Source: an uncultured Candidatus Saccharibacteria bacterium
Lineage (GTDB): Bacteria; Patescibacteriota; Minisyncoccia; Phycocordibacterales; UBA9973
Direction: 5' to 3'
Assembly (NCBI GenBank): GCA_964565825.1
Contig: CAZMGK010000001.1
Location: 2,052-66,051 of the forward strand
DNA: 64,000 nt
The position numbers and the translations under genes were made by a program. The notes beneath the pieces are model-generated. The model searched no databases, had not been told where the DNA came from, and saw nothing but the letters and a program-made list of their open reading frames with translations. Positions 61,235 through 64,000 of this stretch are shown piece by piece. The first letter of the stretch is position 1; the number at the start of each line of letters is the position of its first letter.

Positions 61235-62539
61235 TTATTTCAAAACCTCATCCCCTATTTCATAGGCTTCACCTGCACCCATAGTAATAATGACATCCTT
61301 ATCGGTCAGTGTTTCTTTTTTGTTTTTCAAATATGTTTTTGCTTCATCAAATGACAATGCTTGAATATTTTCTTGTTGGATGGCTTTTGCGAGAATTTCA
61401 GAACTGATTGATCCATCATCTACTTCGCGTGCTCTAAATATCGGCAAAAGGATCAGCTCATCTGCATCAGCAAAACAAGTCGTAAATTCAGTAAAGAGGG
61501 CTTTTGTTCGAGAAAATAAATGCGGTTGGAAAAAGACGTGGAGTTTGTACTCACCTTTTGGAAATTTCTCTCGAAATGCTTGGAGACTGGCTCTGACTTC
61601 AGTCGGATGATGCGCATAGTCGTCATACACAAGCGTACCAGTGGTAGTCTTCCCTTTATACTCAAACCGACGCCATGTTCCAGGAAAGGTCGCGAGTGCT
61701 GTATCAACAGCCTCTTTTTCGTAGCCGAGCAAGTGCCCGACACAGTATGCGAGGGTTGCATCAACTTGGTTATGTCTTCCAGGAATCGTCAGTACACGCT
61801 CAAAGAGATACTCTTTGTAATCCACAACAGTACAGACGACATTTTTTATAATATCCTGCACATCTGTATTTGCAGGATCACAGACAACGTATCCATCTTG
61901 CGGAACTTTTTCAACGAGAGTTTTGTATGCACTTTTTATATCATCGAGATCTTTGTAATAGTCGACATGGTCGAGGTCGATATTGGTAATAAGGACGATA
62001 TTTGGATGAAGGTTGAGAAATGCACGATGGTATTCATCGGCTTCTACGACAAAGTACTTACTCTTACCTTGAATAAAATTTGACTGTGTTCCTTGTAAGA
62101 AACTTCCGATGACGACGGTTGGATCGGCACCGAGTCCCATCAACATGTGAGCAACCATACCAGTTGTTGTTGTTTTCCCATGTGAACCAGAAACAGCAAT
62201 CGTATACATATCTTTTGAAACGAGTCCGAGCATTTCTGGATAGACAAGAGATGGGGTAGTGAGAGCTTTGATAGCTTTCAAAAATTCTGGTTCGAGGACT
62301 TCAATAGCCCGAGAGTAGACGATCAGGTCAGTGTCAGCGGGTATTGCGTCAATGCTCTGCCCAATAGTTACCACGGCGCCGAGCTCGCGCAAATGTGCGA
62401 TATTCTCACTATCTTTTGTATCCTGACCAACAACCACTTTCCCCGCTTCTATCATCATCCGCGCAATCGCCGAAATACCGATACCACCAATACCGTAAAA
62501 AAAGACTTTTTTAAGTTGTGAGACTTCTCTATTTTCCAT
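61235..62539 (-). CDS. murC: UDP-N-acetylmuramate--L-alanine ligase
   Basis: GIGGIGIS, GSHGKTTT, EADE, DLDH.D, DDYAHHPTE, FQPH.FSRT, MGAG. Confidence 0.96.
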   Translation of the reverse strand: MENREVSQLKKVFFYGIGGIGISAIARMMIEAGKVVVGQDTKDSENIAHLRELGAVVTIGQSIDAIPADTDLIVYSRAIEVLEPEFLKAIKALTTPSLVYPEMLGLVSKDMYTIAVSGSHGKTTTTGMVAHMLMGLGADPTVVIGSFLQGTQSNFIQGKSKYFVVEADEYHRAFLNLHPNIVLITNIDLDHVDYYKDLDDIKSAYKTLVEKVPQDGYVVCDPANTDVQDIIKNVVCTVVDYKEYLFERVLTIPGRHNQVDATLAYCVGHLLGYEKEAVDTALATFPGTWRRFEYKGKTTTGTLVYDDYAHHPTEVRASLQAFREKFPKGEYKLHVFFQPHLFSRTKALFTEFTTCFADADELILLPIFRAREVDDGSISSEILAKAIQQENIQALSFDEAKTYLKNKKETLTDKDVIITMGAGEAYEIGDEVLK

Positions 62540-62540
62540 A

Positions 62541-63902
62541 CTATTTTAATTCCTTAATAATCTTTTCAAATTGATCACCGCGGTCGTATTCATTTTTAAA
62601 CATACCAAAAGACGTAAAGCCTGGAGAAAATAAAACAATACTTCCTTTTGTTGCACGAGTGAGGGCTTGCTTAACTGCATCTTTGAGTGTCTTTGAGTTG
62701 GTATAGGTACCTTGTTGTAATACAGAAGTGAGTTCATTAGTTCCTGTACCAGGAAGCATTACTACTTCACCTGCGTATTTGGAAATAAGTTTTGGTAAGT
62801 TTCCAAGTGGAATATGTTTAGTTGTACCACCAGAAATCAGTACGATATGTTTGTCAGGGAAAGACTGTAATGCAACAGAGAGTGCAGATGGTGTTGTTGA
62901 GCACGTGTCATTATAGATAGAAATACCTTTATAATTCCGAACAAATGAAAGCCGTCCTTCAACTCCTTTGAAACTCTCAAATCCTTTTTTGATATCAACA
63001 CCCTTTAATCCATATGCACGGAGTGCTTCATACGCACACGCAGCGTTTTCTCTGTTATGTTCACCTGGAATAAGGAGATGCCAATTTTTTGGGATATTAT
63101 TCACCTCAGCTTTAACAAGAGTTCCTCTTGGTTTGAGTTTTTTTATTTTTGTATACACAGAGTCACCAGCAACACAGACGTCACCTTTTTTCTGATAGCT
63201 GACGATATGAGACTTGTCGAGGAAATATGCATCCATTGAACCTTTGTAATAATTCAAGTGATCCTCCATGAAATTTGTAAATACAGATATAGTCGGAGAA
63301 ATTTTTGCATCACCAAATCCTTGCAACTGCCAAGATGAAAGCTCGAGCACGAGCGTGTCGCCACTTTTAATAGTTTTCAAAAGTGGAAGCACTGCAGTCC
63401 CTTTGATATTACCACCGAGGAACACACGGTGTTTCTCCCTCTCCTGCCGAGGTGTGGGTTGGGGTGAGGTAGTGTATTTCTTAAGTGTGTGATAGATGAG
63501 CATCGTCGTTGTTGTCTTTCCACGTGTTCCGGTCACACCAATAACTGTGACGTCTTTCGGCGCAAGCTTCAAAAAAAGTGATTCATCCATTTCTACTGGA
63601 ATACCTTTTTTTTGTGCGTGTGCAATATACACGGAGTCGAGTGGAGTACCCTGTCCTTTTAAAACAAAGTCACAATCCTCGAAATCAGCTAGATCATGCC
63701 CACCTAGATGATAGGTGATGTTTTTATAGTTTTTAAGTTGAGCTAACGCTTCTGCCAATTCTTTTTTGGTTTTGAGATCAGTCACGAGTACCTGCGCACC
63801 ACAATCAGAAAAAAACTTGATACATTCAATACGCTTCCCTAAAAGTCCGAGCCCAAGGACGGTTATTTTCTTACCTTCAAAATAGTCTGCGTATCCTTTC
63901 AT
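62541..63902 (-). CDS. murD: UDP-N-acetylmuramoyl-L-alanine--D-glutamate ligase (start at 63902)
   Basis: GTRGKTTT, GGNI, ELSSWQL, DHLNY, SPG.TSF.MF.NEY.RG..F. Confidence 0.95.
   Translation of the reverse strand: MKGYADYFEGKKITVLGLGLLGKRIECIKFFSDCGAQVLVTDLKTKKELAEALAQLKNYKNITYHLGGHDLADFEDCDFVLKGQGTPLDSVYIAHAQKKGIPVEMDESLFLKLAPKDVTVIGVTGTRGKTTTTMLIYHTLKKYTTSPQPTPRQEREKHRVFLGGNIKGTAVLPLLKTIKSGDTLVLELSSWQLQGFGDAKISPTISVFTNFMEDHLNYYKGSMDAYFLDKSHIVSYQKKGDVCVAGDSVYTKIKKLKPRGTLVKAEVNNIPKNWHLLIPGEHNRENAACAYEALRAYGLKGVDIKKGFESFKGVEGRLSFVRNYKGISIYNDTCSTTPSALSVALQSFPDKHIVLISGGTTKHIPLGNLPKLISKYAGEVVMLPGTGTNELTSVLQQGTYTNSKTLKDAVKQALTRATKGSIVLFSPGFTSFGMFKNEYDRGDQFEKIIKELK
63435..63470. repeat. 36-bp REP-like unit inserted in frame in murD (TSPQPTPRQERE)
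   Basis: 31/36 identical to the intergenic copy at 58079-58114. Confidence 0.75.
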
Positions 63903-63914
63903 GCACAGAGTATA

Positions 63915-63986
63915 CCCCGACACCCATATTTTTACAATTTGTTTAAAGTAGTAGGATATTTGTAATAAAAACATATAGGTGTGGGG
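63915..63986 (-). mobile_element. Family-B element inserted in the murD -10 box with TATAC duplication
   Basis: Minus strand TATAC-CCCCACACCTATAT...ATATGGGTGTCGGGG-TATAC(T)-N6-ATG. Confidence 0.82.
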
Positions 63987-64000
63987 GTATATCATAAAAA

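Noticed and set aside
63903-63995. 31-aa N-terminal extension of MurD
   Set aside because: Derived from the inserted element; ATG 63902 sits 6 nt after TATACT.

Overview
Chromosomal window from a low-GC Patescibacteria (CPR, Parcubacteria-like) genome. The taxon is inferred from gene content, compact rpoB/rpoC/smc, a type IV pilin cluster and standard code 11 (TGA is used as a stop). Most of the window is minus-strand housekeeping genes: rpoD-dnaG-rpoC-rpoB, trmD, khpA, rpsP, secDF, uppP, folD, rodA, ligA, smc, rnc, nusB, rpmF, gatAC, murCD. It also holds efp, rnr, RNase P RNA, a pilin/pilD cluster, a >2685-aa surface protein missed by the ORF track because it runs off position 1, and an unannotated Zn-free L36. 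Two observations stand out. (1) A complete tryptophan-sensing switch (trpR gene, TrpR-type operator over the -10 box, leaderless leader peptide with GWW, and 1:2/2:3/3:4 attenuator hairpins) sits upstream of an orphan circularly permuted ATP-grasp ligase rather than trp biosynthesis genes. (2) Short CCC(C)...(G)GGG-ended palindromic elements with 5-6 bp target duplications occupy 'safe-harbour' sites: in-frame as tandem 108-bp units in cleaved prepilin leaders, on start codons (duplicating the ATG), in a -10 box and in RNase P RNA helices. No CRISPR array, transposase, RT or prophage gene was recognised. All calls come from reading motifs by eye; no searches were run.
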